Origin: a virus
DNA length: 41,475 nt
IMG/VR virus record: IMGVR_UViG_3300001682_000073
Location: 1-41,475 of that record
Reading direction: 5' to 3' (one strand)
The notes beneath the pieces were generated by a model. That model searched no databases and was not told the origin of the DNA. It saw nothing but the letters and a program-made list of their open reading frames with translations. Of this stretch, positions 31,551 through 39,737 are shown piece by piece. The position numbers and the translations under genes were made by a program. Within the stretch, counting starts at the first letter, position 1, and every line of letters begins with the position of its first letter.

Positions 31551-32396
31551 TTACTCGCCAGAAGATTCGGCAGCAGGCTTAACAGGGATACAGATCAGTT
31601 CCTTCGGAACTACAACCTTTGCACCGCAAAGCATAAGACCCCTGTGAATGTCACCAAATCTCTTGGGATGCCTGATAACCTCAGACTGGTTGATCTGTTC
31701 AGCAAAGGCTATTGCCTTTTTGGTTCTGACAAGGCAGTAATGAACGCCGGCATTCTCAACAATGTTGTTGGAAACATAGATATCAAGGCCCCACAGCTTC
31801 TTAACAAAGCCGGTTTCCAATGTCTTGCTGTTGTCGGTGTCGGTCACGATTTTAGCAAGTACCAGCTTAGCGTACACATCAGGCGAAATTTCAAGATACT
31901 TGGTCTCGCCTTCCGGTACGTTGGCTTTCAGCATTTCCTTACTGGCAGCTGCAAGCAGAGCAAGAGCGTCAGCGCTTGTGAAAGCTGACTGGAAATCAGT
32001 AATGGTCTTTCCAGCGTCGGCATATTTACCGAACACAAACTGATCGGCATAATCAGACAGCTTGTATGCGGCATTCCTGATGTGGGCATTCTCGAAAGCC
32101 TGCATCTTGTCCATCTGTTTCTTGTCCACATCGTCAATGTAGAACTGGAACGCCTTGGATTCGGTGATGTCGAGGAACTGAGCAGAACCGTCAAGAATCT
32201 GCGGGTCGTCCATGTCCGTATTGCGGGTGTAATTGAACAATTCAACCTCGCCGGGGGTCAGAATCTTAACGCGATCGCCCTTGTCCTTTATAGAGCCTTC
32301 ATATTCTCTGTTACAGTGTTTAACTGCGATTGCTGCCTTTTCCCTTTCCTCAAGCAGCTTGGCATATACTATCTCAGGTATAAATTCGTATGCCAT
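31551..32396 (-). CDS. Major capsid protein (putative)
   Basis: A 281-aa ORF directly after the scaffold-like gene, with a GGGGAGTG RBS. Assigned by position and size. Confidence 0.6.
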   Translation of the reverse strand: MAYEFIPEIVYAKLLEEREKAAIAVKHCNREYEGSIKDKGDRVKILTPGEVELFNYTRNTDMDDPQILDGSAQFLDITESKAFQFYIDDVDKKQMDKMQAFENAHIRNAAYKLSDYADQFVFGKYADAGKTITDFQSAFTSADALALLAAASKEMLKANVPEGETKYLEISPDVYAKLVLAKIVTDTDNSKTLETGFVKKLWGLDIYVSNNIVENAGVHYCLVRTKKAIAFAEQINQSEVIRHPKRFGDIHRGLMLCGAKVVVPKELICIPVKPAAESSGE

Positions 32397-32411
32397 AGTA
32401 CACTCCCCTTT

Positions 32412-32446
32412 CCAAAATTAAAAGCACTGGGTTATTTCCAGTGCTT
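32412..32446 (-). terminator. 9-bp hairpin plus T-rich tail overlapping the scaffold stop codon, upstream of the capsid RBS
   Basis: AAGCACTGG-aaataac-CCAGTGCTT followed by TTAATTTT on the minus strand. Confidence 0.45.
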
Positions 32447-33247
32447 CTTCGATTCTTCAATGAGTTTTAGATTCTTGCGAACCCAGTTAATATCGTGTTT
32501 GTTAGCGTCAAACTGTTCTCTTGAGATGTAACCGCCTGTTGCTCCTTGTGACTTCGCTGAACCAGTTGAGCTTTCCGCATTTTTCGCATTGACCTGCTGT
32601 ACCTGCTGCTGCTGCTGGAACTTCGCCATTTCCGCTTTCAACTTTTGGTTTTCATAGCGGATATAGGCATCAAGCAGGTTACGCCCTTCCTTGACTTCCT
32701 TCCACACTTCAACGGGAACATCTTCGGGCTTCACATCAGGGTAAGCTTCCAGGAATTCAAGGTACATTTTCTGTTCCTTTTCCTTCTGCTCCCTTATCTG
32801 TTTCTCCGTCTGGTATTCCTGCACGATTTTGTCATGCTCAAGAAGCTTCTGCGCGAATTCTGGCGGGATGTTCTGCTGGATAAGTTCATTGAGTTTCTGC
32901 TGTTCCCTGAATTTGCGGTCATTCTCTATTAACTGGTCAATACTCATGCCGCTTTCCTGGGCTATCTGTTCAAGGTAGGACAAATACGGATTGTTCTTTA
33001 GGTCCTGCTCGAAACGCTGTTTTTCACGGGCAAGACGTTCCTGAACGATTCTGTTGACTTCCTCTTGCCTGAACAAGCGTTCCTGCCTTTCCTGCGGTGT
33101 TTCCTGTGGTGTCTCCTGTGTTGCTGTCTGCGGTGTCATCTGCTCCTCTGTGGTGGCGTTACCGGTATCAACCGCCGTTTCAGTGGATTCTGCTGTCATT
33201 GTGGTTTCTTCCGCTGTCGTGGCGGTGTTCATTAATTCTTCCGACAT
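32432..33247 (-). CDS. Scaffolding protein (putative) with a Thr/Glu-rich N-terminus
   Basis: Highly charged coiled coil (Q/E/K-rich) between the portal region and the capsid gene. N-terminus NTATTAEETTMTAESTETAVDTGNATTEEQMTPQTATQETPQETPQ. GAGGAGG RBS before the ATG at 33247. Confidence 0.6.
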   Translation of the reverse strand: MSEELMNTATTAEETTMTAESTETAVDTGNATTEEQMTPQTATQETPQETPQERQERLFRQEEVNRIVQERLAREKQRFEQDLKNNPYLSYLEQIAQESGMSIDQLIENDRKFREQQKLNELIQQNIPPEFAQKLLEHDKIVQEYQTEKQIREQKEKEQKMYLEFLEAYPDVKPEDVPVEVWKEVKEGRNLLDAYIRYENQKLKAEMAKFQQQQQVQQVNAKNAESSTGSAKSQGATGGYISREQFDANKHDINWVRKNLKLIEESKKHWK

Positions 33248-33332
33248 AATCAAACCTCCTCAGTTTTAAGCCGTGGTGGGCTGTTAATTTTGGGCATGAA
33301 AAAACCGCCCTTTTGGATGGTTGGTTTATTAT

Positions 33333-33355
33333 GAAAAAGCGGCTTAATAGCCGCC
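33333..33355 (-). terminator. Intrinsic terminator right after the glycosyltransferase gene
   Basis: Minus strand reads GCGGCT-atta-AGCCGC followed by TTTTTC. Confidence 0.55.
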
Positions 33356-33366
33356 ATTTCAACGTG

Positions 33367-33972
33367 TTATGAGGTTAATTCCTTCCACTTCAAATAGTGG
33401 GCTTCTGTTACGACTTCCGTATTGCAATGTCCGCATATCAGCGTTGTATCGCAATAGATTTTGAAGCCTTGTTCTCTCGCTCGTATGCAAAACGCTAAAT
33501 CTTCTCCGATTTTCGGTTCAGGGAAGAACCAGGGTTGCAGTACATTTTCAAAGACTTTCCGCTTTATGAGCGTACAAGCCATACCAACACCCTGAATCTC
33601 AACCAAACCCTTGGGGTAATCGAAATAGAACTCGGTTCCGTCACGATCGCATTTTTTGAATATGCACGGTTCATAGGGTGGGAAACGCTTAAAAGCAAGC
33701 CCTGAAACAATATCTTTGTCGTGTTCAAGCAATCTAACAAGTAAATCCATCGGGACCACCATGTCAGAGTCGATGAACAATAAAGCGTCATAATCGCCTT
33801 GCAACATTGTTTTTACTGCATTTTCCCTCGCCGTGTAGATAAGGCTCATTCCAATAGGGAGCATATCAATCTCTATACCTTTTGAACGTGCATAACAAGC
33901 CATAGCAGGTAAAGAATATGCCGCTTGCGGTGGTATGTAGCCTGTATATGGAATGCACATTAGAACCTTCAT
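33367..33972 (-). CDS. GT-A fold (family-2-like) glycosyltransferase
   Basis: MCIPYTGYIP..., the DxD motif in LLFIDSDMVVP, and the later EDLAFC motif. ~200-aa single domain. Confidence 0.55.
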   Translation of the reverse strand: MKVLMCIPYTGYIPPQAAYSLPAMACYARSKGIEIDMLPIGMSLIYTARENAVKTMLQGDYDALLFIDSDMVVPMDLLVRLLEHDKDIVSGLAFKRFPPYEPCIFKKCDRDGTEFYFDYPKGLVEIQGVGMACTLIKRKVFENVLQPWFFPEPKIGEDLAFCIRAREQGFKIYCDTTLICGHCNTEVVTEAHYLKWKELTS

Positions 33973-33979
33973 AAATCTT

Positions 33980-34021
33980 GCCGCTGGATACCCCTGAATT
34001 TATTCAGGGGAGGAAAGCGGC
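33980..34021. repeat. 42-nt compound hairpin at the left edge of the tnpB element (candidate left-end structure)
   Basis: GCCGCT-ggata-CCCCTGAAT-tt-ATTCAGGGG-aggaa-AGCGGC. Confidence 0.5.
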
Positions 34022-34037
34022 TTATCCCCCTTTTCTA

Positions 34038-34066
34038 TTGACTTATTTGCTCAATAGTAGTATAAT
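34038..34066 (+). promoter_or_regulatory. Near-consensus sigma70 promoter of tnpB (TTGACT, 17-nt spacer, TATAAT)
   Basis: Spacing counted exactly. It lies 25 nt upstream of the ATG at 34091, with AGGCAGGTG as RBS. Confidence 0.7.
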
Positions 34067-34090
34067 TAATCTTGAAAGGCAGGTGATATA

Positions 34091-35173
34091 ATGCTTTGCA
34101 CTCTCAAGATTAAACTTATAACAAGTAACGAACAATTTAATGCTTTGCTTGAAACTATGAAGGTATTTAATCAAGCATGTAACTATGCCAGTGAAATAGC
34201 TTTTAATTCTAAAACTTTTTCACAGGTTAAACTACATAAAATTGTTTATTATGATATTCGTGAGAAATTCGGATTATCTGCTCAAATGGCTGTTAGAGTT
34301 ATTGGCAAAGTTGTTGAAAGTTACCGTGTCGACAAGAAAACTCTGCATACCTTTAAAGAAACTGGAGCTATTGTTTATGATGAACGCATATTATCCTTTA
34401 AAGGCTTGGAATATGCTTCAATCCTTACTTTACAGGGCAGAATTGAAGTACCGATGATTATCAGCAAATATCATCAAGGCTTGCTCGCTGGCAGGCGTGT
34501 CCGTGGGCAGGCGGACTTAATCCTGCAAAACGGCACATTTTATCTCCTCCTCGTTGTTGATGTTCCCGAAAGCGAACCTAATTCTAAAAACGGCTTCATC
34601 GGCGTTGATTTTGGTATTGTAAATATTGCAGTTGATAGCACTGGCGAAGTATTCTCTGGCGATAAGGTTAACGGCCTTCGGAAGCGTTATGCTAAACTTC
34701 GTACTAAACTACAAAGTAAAGGCACTAAATCAGCTAAACGTTTATTAAAAAAACGTTCCAAGAAAGAAAAGCTATTTGCTCGTGATGTCAACCACTGTAT
34801 ATCTAAGAAGATTGTTGCAAAGGCTAAGGCACTCGGTTGCGGAATTACCCTTGAAGATTTAAAAGGCATCCGTAAACGCACCGAGAAAACGGTTAGAAAG
34901 TCTCAGCGTAGGCAACATTCTTCTTGGGCTTTTTGCCAGCTTAGGCAATTTATCGAATACAAAGCTAAAATTGCTGGTGTACCTGTTGTATTGGTTAACC
35001 CCAAGAATACTTCTCGCACCTGTCCAGTTTGTGGGTATATTGCTAAAGGAAATAGGCCATCAAGAGATAAATTCTGTTGTCAGGTTTGCGGTTACGCTGC
35101 GCCAGCCGACAACGTGGCTGCGGAGAATATCCGCAGGGCTGCTGTCAACCAGCCAGACGCGGCAACCGCTTAG
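34091..35173 (+). CDS. tnpB: TnpB (IS605 OrfB-family RNA-guided RuvC nuclease), 360 aa, catalytic motifs intact
   Basis: RuvC-I GVDFGIVNIAV, RuvC-II ITLEDLKGI, zinc ribbon CPVCGY...CCQVCGY, and RuvC-III APADNVAAENI. Confidence 0.85.
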   Translation: MLCTLKIKLITSNEQFNALLETMKVFNQACNYASEIAFNSKTFSQVKLHKIVYYDIREKFGLSAQMAVRVIGKVVESYRVDKKTLHTFKETGAIVYDERILSFKGLEYASILTLQGRIEVPMIISKYHQGLLAGRRVRGQADLILQNGTFYLLLVVDVPESEPNSKNGFIGVDFGIVNIAVDSTGEVFSGDKVNGLRKRYAKLRTKLQSKGTKSAKRLLKKRSKKEKLFARDVNHCISKKIVAKAKALGCGITLEDLKGIRKRTEKTVRKSQRRQHSSWAFCQLRQFIEYKAKIAGVPVVLVNPKNTSRTCPVCGYIAKGNRPSRDKFCCQVCGYAAPADNVAAENIRRAAVNQPDAATA

Positions 35174-35214
35174 GTTAGCTGCAAGCCTCCGACTTCAGTC
35201 GGGGGTAGTTGACA
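35040..35214 (+). ncRNA. Candidate omega-RNA (reRNA) scaffold overlapping the tnpB 3' end, ending in the right-end hairpin (35186..35205); the 5' limit is a guess
   Basis: By analogy with characterised TnpB loci. An 8-bp hairpin CCTCCGAC-ttca-GTCGGGGG starts 13 nt after the stop. No covariation analysis was possible. Confidence 0.35.
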
Positions 35215-35397
35215 TCAAACCTTCTTCCTGTCTGTTTTGTACTTGGTTGCGTTAGTCAGGTCGTAACCGCCAAACTCTGAGCATTTAGGGTTAATGCAAA
35301 CAAGTTTCAATTCCCTATAAACGTCTGTACTGCCAACATCGCTGACGAATTTACTGCCAGCTATTTTCAAGTCACTCCCGCAAACATCGCATTTCAT
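35215..35397 (-). CDS. 60-aa zinc-ribbon protein downstream of the portal gene
   Basis: MKCDVCGSDL...CINPKC. GGAGGTGG RBS before the ATG at 35397. Confidence 0.55.
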   Translation of the reverse strand: MKCDVCGSDLKIAGSKFVSDVGSTDVYRELKLVCINPKCSEFGGYDLTNATKYKTDRKKV

Positions 35398-35398
35398 T

Positions 35399-37276
35399 CT
35401 AAACCACCTCCTGAACATTATCCGCATACGGTCTTGCCTGATTCTGCGGTAATGGTGTCTGTGCGACTATCTGCCTTACCTGTTGCTCAAATGCGGCAGG
35501 GTCGTTCCTTGCAAACATTCTCAGGTTGTTTACGGTATCCTTTGGCAGATACGGCATAAGAGCGTTCAGCTTTTCGCTCATAAGCTGTTGCATCAACTGT
35601 TGTTCCTGCGCCCTCTGCTGTGCCTCTGCTCCCTCCCTGGCTTCGATTAATGCCTCTTTATCGGGTATCACGCCGTCAGGCAGGCGTTTCAGGTACTCGA
35701 CAAAGTTAATCAATTGCATTTGCAGCAGTTTATCAAGGCTTTGGATAGCTGCGGCTTCGTTCCAAATATTCGCCGGTCCGACTTCGATTTTCAGCTTAAA
35801 TTTGATGTCTTTCAAAACCGATGTATCAATCGGTACGAACTGCTGCTCCTTGCCGTTGTTTATCTGCATAATCCTTGTCGGGTAATCGGTGTACTTTGAC
35901 ATGAAGAAGTCAAGCCAGATCAAGCCAACATCCTCAACGTACTGATAGAACCTTCTCTTGATAGCGGCAAGCGGGACAACGGCGTTTTTGCTGTTTACTA
36001 TAATTGCCGATGTGTTGGTCGGGTTAGCTTCTCCAAGTGCTGATTCGTTTGCTCCCGCCATGTCCTTAGTGGTTTGGATGAACCATTGCATAAACTGCAT
36101 TACAACAGACGGAATCTGTGCAGGTTGCATATAGGCGGCCGCACCACCGACACCACCTGTATCTGTGCCATTGACAGGAATTGCCGTAGTAACATCGTTT
36201 GTCCACTGATTTATGCGGGTCTTGTCGTATAGCACCTTCGGATAGCCGTGAATCGTTATCCACAGGGCAAGAATGGCGGCTTGCTTGTTAATCATTATCT
36301 GATTCGGAATAAGTGAAGTCGCTTCTGCTTCGCCGTATGCCGAACCTTCGCGCTCGTACCAGTTCATAATGGCTACAGGATAACGGTGCAAACCAGTATC
36401 CCATTTCGGACGAACAACCACGCTTTGAGTACATTTCTCGGCAAAGATTTTCCACTCCTGCCCCTTATTGACTTTGATGGTCTGAATAACGGTTTCGCCA
36501 GTTACAGGATCAATAACTTCCTGCTGTTCTTCCTCGATAACGTCAACAAGTTCCTTCCACATATGAAGAAGGACGGTGCATTTTCCACTGTCCTCAATTT
36601 CGGACTTTGCCATGTCGCCGGTTTCGTTCTTCGTTTCATCGTCAGCCGCAATCAATTCAAGCTGTTCCTTCGTTGCTCCGTTCTTCTTGGCTTCACGGCG
36701 AACGTCCTCCACCTGCTGACGGAAGGACAATATTATGTACGGCTGAACAGGCTCATAAGCGTTATTGATCTCCGGCATGTTCGGGTCTCCGGGGAAGAAA
36801 TTGCTTGCGTTTATCAGTTCACCACAAATATCGCCCTGTTGACCGTCGCCAGCGTCTATTTTGTCATACCAATACCAGTACGACACCATAGCCCCGCTTA
36901 AAGCCGCCTTATTCAAACCCTTTTCGTTCATGGAATCCATTTTCAGCTTTTCCCACAGGGTCGCTGTGTGTTCTGTGAACAATCTGGCAATTTCTCGGTA
37001 CATCTGGCTTTGCGGATTGTTGTCGGTATCGCTTATCCAGTCTGCCGTGAACTTCATTTTGAGAAGGTCGGACATGACTTGGGAGCATTTCCAGTCAACA
37101 ATTCGCTTTGTGACATTGAGGATCGGCGTTGGGTGCTTGTTGGTCTTTATCCCACGCCAATGGTCGCCGGAGTAAAACCGCTCATTCTTGTCTGTCTTGG
37201 ACAGTAATGATATTTTGCTTTGGTATTCAAGACCTTTCTGATACCTTTGCCATGCTTTGGTCTGTTCTATATCCAT
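35399..37276 (-). CDS. Portal protein (625 aa)
   Basis: Assigned by size and position downstream of terL. GAGGTGA RBS before the ATG at 37276. Confidence 0.7.
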   Translation of the reverse strand: MDIEQTKAWQRYQKGLEYQSKISLLSKTDKNERFYSGDHWRGIKTNKHPTPILNVTKRIVDWKCSQVMSDLLKMKFTADWISDTDNNPQSQMYREIARLFTEHTATLWEKLKMDSMNEKGLNKAALSGAMVSYWYWYDKIDAGDGQQGDICGELINASNFFPGDPNMPEINNAYEPVQPYIILSFRQQVEDVRREAKKNGATKEQLELIAADDETKNETGDMAKSEIEDSGKCTVLLHMWKELVDVIEEEQQEVIDPVTGETVIQTIKVNKGQEWKIFAEKCTQSVVVRPKWDTGLHRYPVAIMNWYEREGSAYGEAEATSLIPNQIMINKQAAILALWITIHGYPKVLYDKTRINQWTNDVTTAIPVNGTDTGGVGGAAAYMQPAQIPSVVMQFMQWFIQTTKDMAGANESALGEANPTNTSAIIVNSKNAVVPLAAIKRRFYQYVEDVGLIWLDFFMSKYTDYPTRIMQINNGKEQQFVPIDTSVLKDIKFKLKIEVGPANIWNEAAAIQSLDKLLQMQLINFVEYLKRLPDGVIPDKEALIEAREGAEAQQRAQEQQLMQQLMSEKLNALMPYLPKDTVNNLRMFARNDPAAFEQQVRQIVAQTPLPQNQARPYADNVQEVV

Positions 37277-37332
37277 ATGTTTCACCTCATTTCTGAGCAA
37301 TAAACTTGCATTCAGACACTCCTTTCAGGTGT

Positions 37333-37575
37333 TCACTCGACCGCATCCGGGTCATACTCCATAATGGCTTTTACGCCTTCTTGAAACTCTCGTTCTTTCT
37401 TCTCAAGTTCCTTGTTTTCCTTTATCTCTTGGATGGCTTTAATCGGGCTTTTAAGGGGTTCTATTTCCTTGCCCTTAGAAGCATTCATGCCCAACCGCAA
37501 ACCCTCTCTAAAGCCAAAATAAAGGCATAAAAAAAGCACTATTGCTATGATAGTGCTGGTGATTGCTATTTCCAT
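37333..37575 (-). CDS. Small single-TM membrane protein between terL and the portal gene
   Basis: MEIAITSTIIAIVLFLCLYFGF TM segment followed by a charged tail. Confidence 0.5.
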   Translation of the reverse strand: MEIAITSTIIAIVLFLCLYFGFREGLRLGMNASKGKEIEPLKSPIKAIQEIKENKELEKKEREFQEGVKAIMEYDPDAVE

Positions 37576-37579
37576 TTCC

Positions 37580-39199
37580 TTATCCTCCAAATCCTAAATA
37601 ATCTTCTGTCACTTCACCGCCGAAGTAGTTTTCATCATCATTCTGCGGTTTCTCAAAGTTGAAGTTATAATGCGGTTCGGGTTCCGGCAAGTTTGCGGCC
37701 ATAAAATAAAGCCAGTTCAATGCCTGGCTTCCTGCGTCAACTTCATCGTCTTTTTGTACTTTCTTTTCGGGTCTGAAAGCAGCGTACTGTTCGATGATAT
37801 CAGCCGCCCATTCGCATTTGACGAATACACCCGGCGATACCTCGATTTTGTCAGGTATGTATACGTTACCGGCCTCCCATAATGGCAGTACGGCGTTAAG
37901 GCGTTCGGCCTTGCTCTTTGTCGCCTTGATGGGAATCAAGCCGCTTACCTTGTCTCGCATGATGCGAATGACCGCTGGACCGTTGGCTTTGTCCTCGATA
38001 AGCTTTGCAATTGCATCAGGGTGCTTGCTGTTCCACTCATTGATATTGTCCATCGTTTTGACAATATCCATTCTGCCGCCTTTGTGGTCGATCAGGAAGT
38101 AATTAGCCCCTGATTTCGCCCAAACATGGCCGGCAACAGGATCAGTTCCGTCCGTATCCTTGAAAGAACAGTCCCACGATTGCACCTTTAAAGGCCAATA
38201 TCCAGGTCGCTGCATTTCAAGTGTAAGAGTAAACCGTTTCCACCATTCACGCTTGACCATATTGCCTTCTTTAGATGTCGGCCTTTGCTGATACAAGGCG
38301 TTCCATGCTCTCAAGCCACCCTCCATAGGGTCGTTCTCATATGATTGCTTTTTGCTTAACAACCAGTCAATGTCTTTCCCTGCTTCGGGCAGTAACGCCT
38401 CTCCGGCTTTCCTGCCAATTTCAGGCTCATCTTCTTCGGCAATGGCGGGGAAACGGATCTCGAACCATTTGTCTGGTTCGGTTTGGAGCAGATATCCAAT
38501 CAGATCATCCTCGTTCCAGCGGGTATGTACGATAACAAACTTGCATTTTGCCGAGGAACGGGTGCGGATCGTATTCAGCCATTCATCAATGACAAATTTC
38601 TGATACGTTGCGCTGTCTGCGTCCTGCCTGTTTTTGTACGGGTCGTCAACGAGGATAAGGTCGCCGGGGTTACCGGTAATAGCACCGCCTATACCTCGGC
38701 TTATCATACCGCCGTTGTACTTGTCGATTTCAAATTCTAAAGCTGATGATGAATACTTGGAAAGTTCAATGCCGAACAGTTCTTTACCAAATTCCTCGAT
38801 CTTCTGCTTGTTGCGGCGACCGAACTTAACCGCCAAATCCTCGCCGTAAGCTATGCTGATAACGTGCTTTGACGGGTTTTTGCCCAAGAAATAGCTTGGC
38901 AAAGTTTCGGTCAAGCAAGTTGACTTTCCATGCTGCGGTGGAATCGAAACAGTCACGCCCTCATATGGCTTGCCCTGTTCGTTCAAAAGCTCATTGTTTA
39001 GCAGTTTATCAACACAATCGCATATGTATTCCTGGAATTTTGCCAGTTTGAATGTCTTGTCGTAAGCATGGGTATATCGGACATAATCAGCATACCGTTT
39101 TGTTGCCTTTATTTTCAGTATTTCGTTGTCAAGCTTCGTAAGTTCTGCCAATAGCTTTAAACGGCGTTGTTCTTTTTGGCTCTTATTCACGGCAATCAC
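37580..39199 (-). CDS. terL: Terminase large subunit
   Basis: Walker A-like PPQHGKST, Walker B LILVDDP, and C-terminal nuclease acidic motifs (WDCSFKD, DDEVDA). GTG start. Confidence 0.85.
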   Translation of the reverse strand: MIAVNKSQKEQRRLKLLAELTKLDNEILKIKATKRYADYVRYTHAYDKTFKLAKFQEYICDCVDKLLNNELLNEQGKPYEGVTVSIPPQHGKSTCLTETLPSYFLGKNPSKHVISIAYGEDLAVKFGRRNKQKIEEFGKELFGIELSKYSSSALEFEIDKYNGGMISRGIGGAITGNPGDLILVDDPYKNRQDADSATYQKFVIDEWLNTIRTRSSAKCKFVIVHTRWNEDDLIGYLLQTEPDKWFEIRFPAIAEEDEPEIGRKAGEALLPEAGKDIDWLLSKKQSYENDPMEGGLRAWNALYQQRPTSKEGNMVKREWWKRFTLTLEMQRPGYWPLKVQSWDCSFKDTDGTDPVAGHVWAKSGANYFLIDHKGGRMDIVKTMDNINEWNSKHPDAIAKLIEDKANGPAVIRIMRDKVSGLIPIKATKSKAERLNAVLPLWEAGNVYIPDKIEVSPGVFVKCEWAADIIEQYAAFRPEKKVQKDDEVDAGSQALNWLYFMAANLPEPEPHYNFNFEKPQNDDENYFGGEVTEDYLGFGG

Positions 39200-39330
39200 C
39201 GCTTTTTCTGTTTGAAATATTCTATCTCGGACAGCCGTTTTTCGGCTTCTTTCTTGGTCAGGTTCGGCTTTGAAAGTGGTTTACCCTTCTCAGATACAAC
39301 CTGATAGCCTTTTGAAGTTTTCTTAATCAT
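39196..39330 (-). CDS. 44-aa basic mini-protein overlapping the terL start; not in the ORF track
   Basis: Hand translation gives MIKKTSKGYQVVSEKGKPLSKPNLTKKEAEKRLSEIEYFKQKKR. AAGGAGTG RBS. Confidence 0.4.
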   Translation of the reverse strand: MIKKTSKGYQVVSEKGKPLSKPNLTKKEAEKRLSEIEYFKQKKR

Positions 39331-39428
39331 AAAAACACTCCTTTTTTATTTACGCTCTCGCCCCACCCCTGCGAAACACATGAGCGTTTCCCCGTCTCGG
39401 CAGGAGGAAACCGAGACAACCAAATGAT

Positions 39429-39737
39429 TTATAGTGATGCTATGCAAATATTTTTATCGTCTATGTAGTAATCAGCCGATATTTTCCGGCTGTCTCCACC
39501 ATACTCAGCTATCCTCTCAGGCAGATTTTCATTAACTGCATCAAATATAAGCCCGTGCTGTTTGCTCCATTCAACGGCCTGTTTCAAATATTCGCCCGTG
39601 CGACAAGTCCAGAGTATCAGCTTATGTCCTTCGGCTTGTTTTCGCAGACAGAAATCAATCACGTTCTGTTTTGCTTGTCCAATATCCGGATAAGCTATCT
39701 CACATAGAGTACCATCAAAGTCCACTGCATATATCAT
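39429..39737 (-). CDS. Small HAD-superfamily phosphatase (nucleotidase-like)
   Basis: N-terminal DxDGT motif (YAVDFDGTL), and a WTCRT...YYIDDK layout. Confidence 0.65.
   Translation of the reverse strand: MIYAVDFDGTLCEIAYPDIGQAKQNVIDFCLRKQAEGHKLILWTCRTGEYLKQAVEWSKQHGLIFDAVNENLPERIAEYGGDSRKISADYYIDDKNICIASL

Larger units (their letters stand above)
33975..35214 (+). mobile_element. IS200/IS605-family tnpB-only element (no tnpA); approximate boundaries
   Basis: A lone plus-strand gene with its own promoter, flanked by structured ends, interrupts the minus-strand late operon between 35215 and 33972. Confidence 0.6.
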
